Origin: Candidatus Eiseniibacteriota bacterium | Lineage (GTDB): Bacteria > Eisenbacteria > RBG-16-71-46 | DNA: 64,000 nt | Assembly: GCA_046327815.1 (NCBI GenBank) | Contig: JAXLXR010000015.1 | Coordinates: 28,073-92,072, forward strand | Reading direction: 5' to 3' | The notes under the pieces: generated by a model | What the model saw: the letters and a program-made list of their open reading frames with translations, nothing else | What the model was told of the DNA's origin: nothing | Databases searched by the model: none | Position numbers and translations under genes: made by a program | Shown here: piece by piece, positions 1 through 9,472 of the stretch | Layout: every line of letters starts with the position of its first letter | How positions within the stretch are numbered: the stretch's first letter is position 1

Positions 1-463
1 CCGCCCAGATGTTGCCGGTCTTGGTCATGGCGACGCCCGAGCCCCAACCCCCGGTCTCGGGAGCGGCGCCGATGACTTCGAAGGTCATCCACGACGGGAT
101 CGAGTGGTCGGAGATCACGATGTCCTGCGCGGGCAGCCAGCCGTCCGCGTGCACGTTCGTGTCGAACGACCACCACACGATTTCGCCGGAACCGTTGAAG
201 AACAGCGGCGTGTTGCTGTTCGGGTAGCTCTCCGACCAGCCCGCGACCGCGACCTTGGCGAAGTACGTGCCGGCGCCGACCGACGCGGCCACGTTGCCGG
301 TCCACACGCCGGCGGTGTTGCTGAGGGCGCACGACGGGTCGCCGGGCGTCCAGTTCGGGGTCACGTAGTCACCGGGGGCGTAGAACGGGCCGGGGCCGGA
401 CGCGAAGGCCGAGACGGCCGACACGAGCAGCAGCGCAGCGGTGAGAGTAGCGATCTTCTTCAT
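1..463 (-). CDS. Secreted hypothetical protein, N-terminal portion only; the 3' end runs off the window start
   Basis: ATG at 463..461 preceded by an AGGAGG-like Shine-Dalgarno. N-terminus MKKIATLTAALLLVSAVSAFA is a classic signal peptide. The frame stays open to position 1 and is W/G/N-rich and protein-like. Absent from the ORF track because there is no in-window stop. Confidence 0.5.
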   Translation of the reverse strand, partial: MKKIATLTAALLLVSAVSAFASGPGPFYAPGDYVTPNWTPGDPSCALSNTAGVWTGNVAASVGAGTYFAKVAVAGWSESYPNSNTPLFFNGSGEIVWWSFDTNVHADGWLPAQDIVISDHSIPSWMTFEVIGAAPETGGWGSGVAMTKTGNIWA

Positions 464-593
464 GGGGAAAGGTCCTCCTGCAGGAGCGAGTTGCGATGTC
501 CCGGCGGCGCCGGGGGTTCGGGACCAACTGTCGGGGCGGACCCCGGACACTGCGCCCGGGGCGGGCGTCGTCCGCCCGCCCCGGGAGATTCGG

Positions 594-3059
594 CTAGTTC
601 GTCAGAATCAGGCGGCGCGTGACGCGGTTGCCGCCCATGCTCAGCTCGTAGAGGTACACGCCGCTGCGCAGGCGCCGGCCGTCGTCACCGAGGCCCGCCC
701 ACGTCACGGAGTGCGTGCCGACCGGCAGCGTCGCGTCCATCAGCTTCGCGACGCGGCGGCCGGTGACGTCGTACACGCGGAGCGCCACGTGACCGGCGCG
801 GTGCAGTTCGAACGAGAAGTTCGCGCGGCGCGAGACCGGGTTCGGCATGACCGGCCGGAGCGACGCGAAGCCCGCGCGATCCGCGGGGGCGTCGGGCCCG
901 ACGCCGGCGACGTCGGAGCACACGCCGTACACGTTCATCACGCGCACGATCGGCGTGGCCGACGTGTTCGCGACGTCGTCCAGGTACAGCGTGCGGTTGC
1001 CCGCGGCGCCGCACTCGAACGTGCCGTTCAGCCAGTACTTGAACTCGACGTTCTGCGCGCTCGAATCCGGGAACGTGATGGCGCGCGCGTAGAACATGTC
1101 GCCGGCGGCGTTGTCGTACGCGCCACCGTTGTTGAGCAGCAGCACCGAAGGCTCGCGACGGTCCCACGTGAGCGGGAACGCCGTGCCCATGACGGCGAGC
1201 GAGTCGGCCGGCAGCGCGGGCAGCGGCGAGACCGCGTCCATCTGCACCTTGAACACCACGGTCAGCGGCTTGTCGGTCACGCTGCACCGGTCGATGCCGC
1301 GGGCCGGCATGACGATCGGGTTCGCGGAGCTGAAGAGCGCGTCGTTCAGGTACACGTTGCGGTCGTTCTGGCCGAGGCACTCGATGACGCCGTTGTGGTC
1401 CACCTTCCAGTTCACGTTCTTCGGCGAGCAGGCCGGGAACGTGACGCGGGCGGTGTAGATCTTGTCGCCGGCCACGGCGTCCGGAGCGACGCCGTTGTCG
1501 AGCATCGCGGTGCCGGGCTGCGTCCAGTGCAGCGGCGACACGCTGCCGAGCACGGTGAACACGTCACCGGGCGCCGGCGAGATCCGCGACGCGTCCACCT
1601 GGAAGATCACGTCCACCGCACGGGTCGTGTAGTTCGCCGGGTCGTCGTTGTTCCACGACTCGGTGATCGTGGCCGCGGCGCCGTTGTCGCTCGTCAGGTG
1701 GTAGTTGCGGTTGCTGCCGAGCGGCTCCCACACCGTGCACTTGGCGGTGAACTTCCACTCGAGGTCCGCTTCGCCCTTGCCCGTGGCCTTGTTGACCGGC
1801 AGGCAGAACGGCACGACCACCGTGTACACCGAGTCGGTGTTCGCGTCGGTCATCAGCGAGTTGTCGCACTGCAGGAACGTGAGCGGCGGCACGCTGCCTT
1901 CGACCGAGAACGTGTCCGCGGCCGTGAAGGCGCCGGAGCACATGCCGACCTTGAAGTTGCCGTTGAACGTCACGTTCTGGAGGAAGAACGAGCCGACGTT
2001 CGTGTCGCCGTTGTTCACGATCGTGTTGAGCGCATTGTCCTTCACGTTCTGCACGGTGACGTTGTACTGCGCCGCCTGCGCGTTGATCACGCCCGACAGC
2101 GTCAGGTGCACCACGTTGGTCGCGGCCGCGTCACGCACCGCGCCGATCACGGAGCGGGTCACGGGGCCCGTGAGCACGTAGTTCGCCGTCGTCTGCGCCG
2201 ACGCCAGCTGCACGGGCTCGCTGAACGTGACGTCCACCTTGTTCGTGACGAGCGCGAACTGGCGGTTCGCCTGCAGCGTGTAGCCGACGGCCTGCACGTT
2301 GGTCACGACCGGGGGCGTGTTGTCGGAGAACGCCTGCACGGTGTACGGCACCATCGAGGTCATCTGCACAACGGCCGCGGTGTCGTAAGTCGTGCTCGCG
2401 AAGCGCGACATCTGCACGTCGTCGCTGGCGAACGCGTCGAGCGGGCCCTTGGTGGTGCCTTCCTGCGTGACCCAGAACTCGAGGTGCAGCGGGGTGCCGG
2501 CGCTCACGCCGAGCACGCTGAGCGGGATCTTCAGCTCGCGGAAGCTGGTGCTGTCGATGATCCCGAGGCCGTTCGAGCCCGAGCCCCACGCCGGGTTCAC
2601 GAGCGTCGAGCGGTTCACCCAGGTGCCGACGGTGTCCTTGTAGAGCACTTCGTAATTGAAGGTGTTGCAGTTCGTCGGGGTGACGTCGTAGACGATCCAG
2701 TCCGGCTTGAACGCCACGTTGCTCCAGCCGATCTTGCGGCCGAACGGATCCGTGGTGCCGCCGCCGGCGGTGTTCACGTCGATCGCCATGCCCACGTTCA
2801 TGTCGCAGTAGCAGGACTTGGCGAACTCGAAGCCGACGTAGAGGAAGTTCGCATCGTTGGTGACGTAGACCTTGCCGACGTCCATCGGGAAGATGCCGGC
2901 GCCACAGTTCGACTGGGTATCCTGCGCATCGTCCCCGAGCAGGTTGCTCGGATCGAAGTCGTTCACGCCGTCCACGGTGATGGTCTGCGGAACGGCCGCA
3001 TGCGCCGGAGCGGCCCCGAGTGCGACGAGGGCCAGCAGGACGAGAAGCAATCGCTTCAT
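594..3059 (-). CDS. Large secreted multidomain protein (~821 aa) with a CBM9/DOMON-like N-terminal module, Ig-like beta repeats and a C-terminal T9SS-type (FlgD-Ig-like) sorting domain
   Basis: Track ORF 594..4580 has a low-complexity R/A/G N-terminal extension. The real start is MKRLLLVLLALVALGAAPAHA (signal peptide) at 3059..3057, in frame with the stop at 594. N-terminal motif ITVDGVNDFDP...KVYVTNDANFLYVGFEF resembles CBM9-like modules. The C-terminal ~70 aa (VALRVYDVTGRRVAKLMDATLPVGTHSVTWAGLGDDGRRLRSGVYLYELSMGGNRVTRRLILTN) match the T9SS type A / FlgD-Ig-like sorting-domain pattern. Confidence 0.75.
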   Translation of the reverse strand: MKRLLLVLLALVALGAAPAHAAVPQTITVDGVNDFDPSNLLGDDAQDTQSNCGAGIFPMDVGKVYVTNDANFLYVGFEFAKSCYCDMNVGMAIDVNTAGGGTTDPFGRKIGWSNVAFKPDWIVYDVTPTNCNTFNYEVLYKDTVGTWVNRSTLVNPAWGSGSNGLGIIDSTSFRELKIPLSVLGVSAGTPLHLEFWVTQEGTTKGPLDAFASDDVQMSRFASTTYDTAAVVQMTSMVPYTVQAFSDNTPPVVTNVQAVGYTLQANRQFALVTNKVDVTFSEPVQLASAQTTANYVLTGPVTRSVIGAVRDAAATNVVHLTLSGVINAQAAQYNVTVQNVKDNALNTIVNNGDTNVGSFFLQNVTFNGNFKVGMCSGAFTAADTFSVEGSVPPLTFLQCDNSLMTDANTDSVYTVVVPFCLPVNKATGKGEADLEWKFTAKCTVWEPLGSNRNYHLTSDNGAAATITESWNNDDPANYTTRAVDVIFQVDASRISPAPGDVFTVLGSVSPLHWTQPGTAMLDNGVAPDAVAGDKIYTARVTFPACSPKNVNWKVDHNGVIECLGQNDRNVYLNDALFSSANPIVMPARGIDRCSVTDKPLTVVFKVQMDAVSPLPALPADSLAVMGTAFPLTWDRREPSVLLLNNGGAYDNAAGDMFYARAITFPDSSAQNVEFKYWLNGTFECGAAGNRTLYLDDVANTSATPIVRVMNVYGVCSDVAGVGPDAPADRAGFASLRPVMPNPVSRRANFSFELHRAGHVALRVYDVTGRRVAKLMDATLPVGTHSVTWAGLGDDGRRLRSGVYLYELSMGGNRVTRRLILTN

Positions 3060-3389
3060 GAGGGTGCTCTCCAGCCGGGTCGGGGTGCGTGATTGCAGAG
3101 AAGAGCGGCAGGCTGGACCCGGTGCAGCCCGCGTCCCGGTCGCTCGGACCGGAAACCCGGAATTTCGACGCGTCAATGGTAGGTGTTCCGGCGGACGTAG
3201 TGCAATGCCGCGGGCCCACCGGAATGCACATTTTTTCGGGGTCGAAAGTGTCGTCCAACGCACGGCCCGCGTTGCCGAAAGCCGTGGCCCTCCGGACTCC
3301 TTGACCCACCCCCGTGCGGGTCGCACTATGCGGCCGTCCACGCCTGCATTCCGCACGGCGCCACCCACGACTCTCCCTTCGGCACCCCC
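3060..3389. promoter_or_regulatory. 330-bp divergent intergenic region between two secreted-protein genes; presumed bidirectional promoter region
   Basis: Non-coding gap between divergently transcribed genes 594..3059(-) and 3390..4667(+). No convincing ORF. Promoter elements not individually resolved. Confidence 0.3.
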
Positions 3390-4667
3390 GTGAAAAGACC
3401 CGCATTCCTCGCGGCCGCACTGGTCCTCGCCGTGCTCGCCGCGCCGTCCTTCGGCGCGACCGCGCGCAATCTCGGCAGCGTGATCCAGATCGACGGCTAC
3501 GCCAGCGAGTACAGCCCCGACGACTCGGTGTTCGTCCTGAACGAGACCTCGCTCACGCTCGAGGAGCCGTGGGCCGACTCGAAATGGGGCGTGAACAACG
3601 ACGTCAACCAGATCTTCGTGACCTGGGACGCGAAGTACCTCTACTTCGCGGTCAACGGCATCACCTGGGACAACAACATGGTGCTGCTGATCGACTCCAC
3701 GCCCGGCCGCGGCCTCGAGTCCATGCTGAACATCAACTCGTGGAAGCGCCGGTTCGTGTTCGACACCACCGGTTCGGCGGCGGGCACCGGGTTCGCGCCC
3801 GACCTGTTCGGCGCCACGTGGGACGGCAACACCAGCCCGCACCTGATCATCCAGCAGAGCGGCAACACCGTGATCGACGCCATCGTCGGGCCGTTGTTCC
3901 GCGCCTCGGCCTCGTTCTCGAAGGGCAGCACCGGCCGGGCCATGGAGTTCGCGGTCCCGTGGCAGCAGGTGTTCCTGTCGTCCGCGCAGCCCGCGATCGG
4001 CACCAAGGACACGATCATCACGGTCGGCGGCGTGACGGATTCCATCCACGTGTTCCCGAAGGGCGCGAAGCTCAAGCTGGTGGCGGTGGTGACGGCCGGC
4101 GGCGACGACACCGGCGGCCCCGATACGGCGCCCGACATCCTCGGCGAGATCACCGACCAGTCGTCGGCGCAGGTGTACGTGGACAACTGGGTGATCGTGG
4201 ACCTCGACCGCAACGACGACACCGGCCTCGGGCACGGCGGCCCCGACGGCGTCGCCGACTGGGGCGTGTCCCCGCACTCGCGCGTCTCGTTCCGCGTGCG
4301 GCCGCCGTTCGTGAGCAAGCAGTTCTCGGCGTCGCGCATCCATTTCGACCGGCCGGCGTTCCGGCCCGACGCGGGCGAGCGCCTGCGCTACACGTTCGAC
4401 CTGAACGAGTACGTGGACCCGAACGACCCCGTGGACGACTTCCGCAAGGTCAAGGTGACCGCCAAGATCTTCGACATCCGAGGTCGCGTCGTGCGCACGT
4501 TCCCCGAATCCTCGCGCACCGCGCGCCACCCGCTGGACCCTGAAGTGGACCAGTGGGACGGCCGTGACGACACGGGACACATCGTGGACGGCGGCATCTA
4601 CGTGCTGCGGCTCACGGTGTCCGGCAGCCTCGAGCGCGCCACGCGCTCGTTCGTGGTGGTCCGATGA
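3390..4667 (+). CDS. Secreted protein with a CBM9/DOMON-like N-terminal module and a C-terminal T9SS-type (FlgD-Ig-like) sorting domain
   Basis: GTG start. Signal peptide MKRPAFLAAALVLAVLAAPSFGA. N-terminal motif IQIDGYASEYSPDD...WDAKYLYFAVNG (CBM9-like). C-terminal tail ...VKVTAKIFDIRGRVVRTFPE...DGGIYVLRLTVSGSLERATRSFVVVR matches the same sorting-domain family as 594..3059 and 24629..26305. Confidence 0.7.
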   Translation: MKRPAFLAAALVLAVLAAPSFGATARNLGSVIQIDGYASEYSPDDSVFVLNETSLTLEEPWADSKWGVNNDVNQIFVTWDAKYLYFAVNGITWDNNMVLLIDSTPGRGLESMLNINSWKRRFVFDTTGSAAGTGFAPDLFGATWDGNTSPHLIIQQSGNTVIDAIVGPLFRASASFSKGSTGRAMEFAVPWQQVFLSSAQPAIGTKDTIITVGGVTDSIHVFPKGAKLKLVAVVTAGGDDTGGPDTAPDILGEITDQSSAQVYVDNWVIVDLDRNDDTGLGHGGPDGVADWGVSPHSRVSFRVRPPFVSKQFSASRIHFDRPAFRPDAGERLRYTFDLNEYVDPNDPVDDFRKVKVTAKIFDIRGRVVRTFPESSRTARHPLDPEVDQWDGRDDTGHIVDGGIYVLRLTVSGSLERATRSFVVVR

Positions 4668-5587
4668 GCCGCCGCCTCGCCTTGCTCGCCCTGCTGCTGC
4701 TGCTCCCCCGCCCCGCGGCGGCCTACTTCGAAGACGTCCGCACCGGCTCGCGCGGTCTGGCGATCGGGCCTTCGGCGATCGCCGTGGTGACCGACGCCTC
4801 GTCCTACTACTGGAATCCCGCCGGCCTCGCCGAGCTGCCGAAGACCGAAGTGACCGCGGACTGGATCTCGATGTACGGCCTGTCCGAGCTGAGCTCGGGC
4901 GCGGTCGCGGCCGCCACGCGCGTGCGCGGCACGTCGTTCGGGGTCGCGTGGCACCACCTCGGGCTCGAGAACGTCTATGCCGAGGACCAGCTCTGCGCCG
5001 CCGCCGCGCGGCGCGTGCTCACCACCGGCAGCGGTCACCGGCTGTCGGCGGGCCTGACGTTCAAGTTCAGCCGCGCCGCGTTCGAACCGTTCGCGGTGAG
5101 CGGCGGCGGCATCGCCGACTACGGCGCGATCTCGCGCGGCTCGTTCGACGCCGGCCTGCGGCTGCAGACGCCGTGGCGCACGGACGTCGCGTACGTCGTG
5201 CGCGACGTGTTCCGGCCGCGCTACGAGTTCGTCGAGGGCTCCGGCGGTCACCAGCAGGCGCGGCGCAGCGAACTCGCCGCGGCGTTCCGCTGGAACCGCG
5301 AGTCCACGTTCTCGGTCGGCTGGTCGCAGCTCGGCGACGGGCGCTCCACGCTGAGCACCGGGCTCGAGATCAACTTCTACGACGTGTTCGCGATCCGCAC
5401 CGGACTGTCGAACCTCGCCACCGTCTACCGCTCGTACGGCCTGCCCGAGAACATCCAGTACGAGGGCGGGTTCGGCGTCTACCACCACGGCTACCACGTG
5501 GACGCCGTGGCGAGCACGACGCGCGAACTCGGCGCGTCGTACCGGGTCACGGTCCGCGTGCCCGTCTCGATCGGAGGCCAGCCGTGA
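4664..5587 (+). CDS. PorV/PorQ-like outer-membrane protein (putative T9SS-associated)
   Basis: Signal peptide MSRRLALLALLLLLPRPAAA. Motif GSRGLAIGPSAIAVVTDASSYYWNPAGLAEL resembles the conserved N-terminal G.RA.AMGGA...ADDASA.YWNPAGLA block of the PorV/PorQ family. Start overlaps the upstream stop (ATGA) and lies next to cargo genes with T9SS-type tails. The family call is by motif memory only. Confidence 0.45.
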   Translation: MSRRLALLALLLLLPRPAAAYFEDVRTGSRGLAIGPSAIAVVTDASSYYWNPAGLAELPKTEVTADWISMYGLSELSSGAVAAATRVRGTSFGVAWHHLGLENVYAEDQLCAAAARRVLTTGSGHRLSAGLTFKFSRAAFEPFAVSGGGIADYGAISRGSFDAGLRLQTPWRTDVAYVVRDVFRPRYEFVEGSGGHQQARRSELAAAFRWNRESTFSVGWSQLGDGRSTLSTGLEINFYDVFAIRTGLSNLATVYRSYGLPENIQYEGGFGVYHHGYHVDAVASTTRELGASYRVTVRVPVSIGGQP

Positions 5588-7212
5588 GCGCGCGCCGCCT
5601 GCTGACCCTGCTGCCCGCGCTCGGCCTGCTGCTCGGCGCGACGCCGGTCCACGCCGTCACCAAGCTCGAGGGCGAGTACCAGCTCATGCTCGAGCTGCGC
5701 AAGAGCGCCTTCAACCGCAACTTCCGCTGGGACTGGAACTCGAACGAGTACGACACCTACAACAACGCGCAGCTGCGGCTCTTCTCCACGCCGCGCGCGG
5801 GAGTCGAGTCGTTCGTGAAGGTCGAGGCGGCGTACCGCCCGAACGGCGAGAACGACGGCCCGCGGCCCGAGTTCAAGTACCGCGAGATGCACCTGCGCTT
5901 CCGCCGGCAGTTCGGCAAGCGCGAGTGGGACACCTACCTGTTCTCGCGCCAGGACCGCTTCTGGACCGACCCGTACCAGGTGCAGAGCTTCGACGCGAAC
6001 GTGCACGGCTTCAAACTCGAGCCGCTCGTGTACGGCCGCGGGGACTGGCAGGGCATCCGCACGGAGTACAAGGGCGACCGCGGGCTCAACCTGGTGTTCG
6101 TGGTCGGCGACCGCAGCAACCAGGTGGATCCGGGCAACTACTCGGGCCTGTTCGGCACGTCGCCGCTCGACTCGCTGAACGCCGCGCACGCCCTGCGCAC
6201 GGACGACCTCTACCTGTTCCGCGCCCGCCGTGACTTCCTCAAGGACTCGCGGCTCAAGCTCGGCCTGCTGCTCGTGCGCACGGAGAACTGGAACGGCGCC
6301 GACAGCCTGAACTCGAACGGCCGCCTGCCCAAGGAACCCGGACGCGGCGTGTGGGCCGTGGACGGCCACCTGCGCGTGCTCGGCTCGGACGTGAACATGG
6401 TGTACTCCGAGGCCTACCCGCACTTCGGCTCCGGCAACGGCACGCGATCGGAAGTCACGATCGGCAAGCGCTCGACCGGCCTGCAGCTGCCGGACGCCGC
6501 GATCCTCGAGGGCGAGATCCGCAGCATCCGGTTCGGAACGGCGCGCACGGGCTTCGTGAACGTGGTGCCGATCTGGTTCTCGCGCGGACCGCGCTGGTAC
6601 AACCCGGCCGGCCCTCCCGGCGCGAACCAGACGGGCTACCTGATCCAGTCCTACTACCTCATGCCCGAGCGCGCGATCACGCTCTCGCACAACTTCGGCT
6701 GGAGCAGCGACGGCTACGACCGGCGGCTCGGCTCGAAGATGACGTACGACGACATGTACGTGGAGTTCGTGAACGGCTTCACGGGCAAGCTCGCGTACCG
6801 CACGGTCGAGTCGTACTCGTACGACTTCCGTGGCGACCTGCAGGGCGTCAAGCACGACGACCTGATCGCCGAGGTGCAGGTCGAAAGCCGGCTCGCGTGG
6901 CTGCGCGTGCAGGCCAAGGCCGCCGACGTCGGCAATCCGGCGGCGAAGCAGCTGTTCGTGGTCGAGCAGTCCATCAACGTCACGCCGAAGGCGAAGTTCT
7001 ACAACCGGTTCGCGTTCGGCAACGATCCCGACAAGCTCCGCAAGGCCATCTTCACGCAGTTCCAGTACCGCCCGACCGGAAGCATGGAGATGTTCCTGCA
7101 GTACGGCCCGGACTACATCGGCGGCGGCAGCATGCCCGTGGACGAGTGGTCCCTCAACGGTGGCGGCGACCAGATCGACCAGGTCAAGTTCATCCTCAAG
7201 GGGTTCTTCTGA
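5584..7212 (+). CDS. Hypothetical outer-membrane beta-barrel protein
   Basis: GTG at 5584 overlaps the upstream stop (GTGA). Signal peptide VSARRLLTLLPALGLLLGATPVHA. Alternating amphipathic beta-strand pattern rich in Y/W/F/N/D. The C-terminus ends ...FILKGFF with a terminal Phe typical of OM beta-barrels. Confidence 0.55.
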   Translation: MSARRLLTLLPALGLLLGATPVHAVTKLEGEYQLMLELRKSAFNRNFRWDWNSNEYDTYNNAQLRLFSTPRAGVESFVKVEAAYRPNGENDGPRPEFKYREMHLRFRRQFGKREWDTYLFSRQDRFWTDPYQVQSFDANVHGFKLEPLVYGRGDWQGIRTEYKGDRGLNLVFVVGDRSNQVDPGNYSGLFGTSPLDSLNAAHALRTDDLYLFRARRDFLKDSRLKLGLLLVRTENWNGADSLNSNGRLPKEPGRGVWAVDGHLRVLGSDVNMVYSEAYPHFGSGNGTRSEVTIGKRSTGLQLPDAAILEGEIRSIRFGTARTGFVNVVPIWFSRGPRWYNPAGPPGANQTGYLIQSYYLMPERAITLSHNFGWSSDGYDRRLGSKMTYDDMYVEFVNGFTGKLAYRTVESYSYDFRGDLQGVKHDDLIAEVQVESRLAWLRVQAKAADVGNPAAKQLFVVEQSINVTPKAKFYNRFAFGNDPDKLRKAIFTQFQYRPTGSMEMFLQYGPDYIGGGSMPVDEWSLNGGGDQIDQVKFILKGFF

Positions 7213-9458
7213 TGCGCGCGCGTTCGATCACTTCCGCTCTCCTGCTGGCCGCGACGCTCGCCCTTTCGGCGGCGACCGCGGCGTTCGCCGCGCCCGAGAA
7301 GGTCGCCGGCGGCATCCGCTTCACGTACAAGGACGGCAACGCCTCGAACGTGTCGTGGGCCGGCGCGTTCAACAACTGGAACGGCACGGCGAACCCCATG
7401 ACCAAGGACGCGAACGGCGTCTGGACGGTCGTGATCGCGCTGCCCGCCGGCGAACAGCAGTACAAGTTCGTCGTGGACGGCAACTGGGTCGCCGATCCCG
7501 ACAACGGCGCCACGGCCGGCGACTTCGGCAACAGCGTCGTGCGCATCGGCAATGCCGGCGAGCTGCTCAAGGTCGCCGCCACGTCGAACACGCCCTACAA
7601 CCCCAAGATCAACATGGGCGGCCGGGCGATCGGCCTGTACCGGAGCACGTGGAGCGACGTGGAATACGCGCGCTACGAGCTCGAGCGGCCCGAACTCGAC
7701 ATGGACCTCGGCTTCGACATCCGCATGTCCGACGCGCTCATGACGAAGTTCCTGCTCAACGTGAATCCGCGCCACGAGAACGTGCAGGACTACAAGAGCC
7801 GGCTGAACTTCAAGCGCGGCTCCATGACGCTCACCCAGCCCAGCTTCACGCTCACGATGTTCGACAGCGAGCCGCTCGGCACGTGGGACGATCCGCTGCA
7901 CCTGGTCGGCGCCGAAGGCGTGTACGCGCACCCGTTCGGCTACGAGCGCGCCGGCTTCCGGCTCAAGACGCCGAAGTACGGCTTCGACACCGAAGTGCTG
8001 TACACGGACAACACCGCTCCCGGCGGCGTGAGCTCGCCGGGCTTCGGCTCGTTCGTCACCGGCAACCGCGCCATCGCGGTCGAACCCTCGGGCGCGGGCT
8101 GGCGGCTGGTGCACGGCGCGGTCTCGAAGGCCACCGCCACCGACGTCGGCGACAACCACGGCGTGTACGGCTACGGCGACGGGGACGCGGACCTCATGGC
8201 CGCGCGCATCCGCCGCCGCGTGCGCGACGACCTCACGGTCGGCGTGCTCGGCCGCAGCGACCGCGGCTTCCACTTCGGCACGATCGACCTGCTGCAGGCC
8301 ACCGGCGACAGCTCGTACGTGCGCTGGCAGGGCAACGACTACCAGCAGTCGTTCGGCGCCGGCCTCGACGCGCAGTGGTCGCCGCGCGCGAACGTCTCGG
8401 TCGAGGCCGAGTTCGCGATGGGCGGCCGGCGCCTGGTGCTGACCGACGGCGCCACCCGCAAGGACGGCAAGGTCGCCACCGCGACCGAGACCGAGGTGAC
8501 CGCCACCGAGACGACGACCGACGGGGCCGGCGCGCACTTCTCGCTCGACGAGAGCAGCCGCTGGGTGCTGCGCGGGCACTGGACGTTCGCGCAGGGCGAC
8601 GTCGCGCTGCACGCCGGCGTCGAGCGCCAGGACCACACCTACCCGGCGTGGTCGCAGGAGCCGATCACCCCGGCCGGCACGCCCTCGATCTACCACCAGC
8701 GCCAGCTGAACGTGGAGTACCAGCGCGGCGACTACCTCGACGACGCCGAGCTCGAGAACCACATGACCGAGTGGAATCTCGTGTGGGACCGCAACTGGCG
8801 CTACTACCTCGGCCGCCCGGTCCGCACCTCGCTCGGCGTGACGTGGACGAACTTCCGCTACGACGCGCGCACCGCGTGGGAGCACCAGCTCTGGTTCCCG
8901 AACGGCAACTTCTGGCTGTCCCCGGGCCAGCACGTGGTGTCGGTCGCGCGCATGACGCTGCTCGGCGAGCCGCAGGCGATCGAGCTGCGGCCCACGATCG
9001 AGTACCCGATCCGCCGCGCGAACGCCATGAGCCTCACGCTGACCGGCCACTACGCCACCACGCGGCTCGACAAGAAGCCGCGCTTCGCCGAGACCATCGC
9101 GCGCTTCGGCTTCGACGCGAACCGCGCGGTGCGCCTGCAGACCGACTGGCGCTGGGCGCGCTACGACGTGCCGGCGCTCGACCTGCAGCGCGGCTACCTG
9201 TCGCAGTTCACCGAGGCGATCTACCGCTTCGGCGACGAGGCCTCCGTGTCGCTGGGCTTCGGCGTGGATCCCTACGTCGTGGACCGCGTCACCAACGAAT
9301 ACGCGTACGTCGGCCGCGAGATGTTCCTCGAGGACCTGAACGCGAACGGCTGGGTCGCCGAGTCGAACTGGTTCAGCCTCGCGCCGCAGCTGTCGGCCGC
9401 GGAGAAGAGCCTGCAGAACACGAAGCGCATCCAGCTCAAGGCCGTGGTGCACTTCTAG
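7212..9458 (+). CDS. Outer-membrane protein: N-terminal CBM48 (glycogen/starch-binding, E-set) module fused to a large beta-barrel-like domain
   Basis: ATG at 7212 overlaps the upstream stop by 1 nt. Signal peptide MRARSITSALLLAATLALSAATAAFA. Residues ~30-110 FTYKDGNASNVSWAGAFNNWNGTANPMTKDANGVWTVVIALPAGEQQYKFVVDGNWVADPDN fit the CBM48/AMPK-beta glycogen-binding pattern (W..W...M....W.....G.Y.YKF.VDG.W..DP). The remaining ~630 aa show a beta-strand pattern and end ...KAVVHF with a terminal Phe. Confidence 0.65.
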   Translation: MRARSITSALLLAATLALSAATAAFAAPEKVAGGIRFTYKDGNASNVSWAGAFNNWNGTANPMTKDANGVWTVVIALPAGEQQYKFVVDGNWVADPDNGATAGDFGNSVVRIGNAGELLKVAATSNTPYNPKINMGGRAIGLYRSTWSDVEYARYELERPELDMDLGFDIRMSDALMTKFLLNVNPRHENVQDYKSRLNFKRGSMTLTQPSFTLTMFDSEPLGTWDDPLHLVGAEGVYAHPFGYERAGFRLKTPKYGFDTEVLYTDNTAPGGVSSPGFGSFVTGNRAIAVEPSGAGWRLVHGAVSKATATDVGDNHGVYGYGDGDADLMAARIRRRVRDDLTVGVLGRSDRGFHFGTIDLLQATGDSSYVRWQGNDYQQSFGAGLDAQWSPRANVSVEAEFAMGGRRLVLTDGATRKDGKVATATETEVTATETTTDGAGAHFSLDESSRWVLRGHWTFAQGDVALHAGVERQDHTYPAWSQEPITPAGTPSIYHQRQLNVEYQRGDYLDDAELENHMTEWNLVWDRNWRYYLGRPVRTSLGVTWTNFRYDARTAWEHQLWFPNGNFWLSPGQHVVSVARMTLLGEPQAIELRPTIEYPIRRANAMSLTLTGHYATTRLDKKPRFAETIARFGFDANRAVRLQTDWRWARYDVPALDLQRGYLSQFTEAIYRFGDEASVSLGFGVDPYVVDRVTNEYAYVGREMFLEDLNANGWVAESNWFSLAPQLSAAEKSLQNTKRIQLKAVVHF

Positions 9459-9472
9459 GAGGACACTCACCC

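Noticed and set aside
441-3092. 883-aa plus-strand ORF, and many similar long alternate-frame or antisense ORFs (e.g. 7113..9470-, 10527..12332-, 12124..14622-, 15124..16203-, 21666..24416+, 33838..34860+, 39323..42520+, 41983..43986-, 50569..52812+)
   Set aside because: Their translations are R/A/G/P/H low-complexity strings typical of out-of-frame reading in very GC-rich DNA. Each fully overlaps a gene with strong motif support on the other strand or frame.
594-4580. N-terminal extensions of track ORFs (594..4580, 20353..23064, 21567..25340, 33931..36981, 36627..40790, 39317..42073, 52442..54388, 53233..56259, 60038..61306)
   Set aside because: The extensions are low-complexity, run through neighbouring genes and lack homology-like motifs. 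Clear internal starts with signal peptides or conserved N-termini, and stop/start overlaps with upstream genes, give the shorter models used here.
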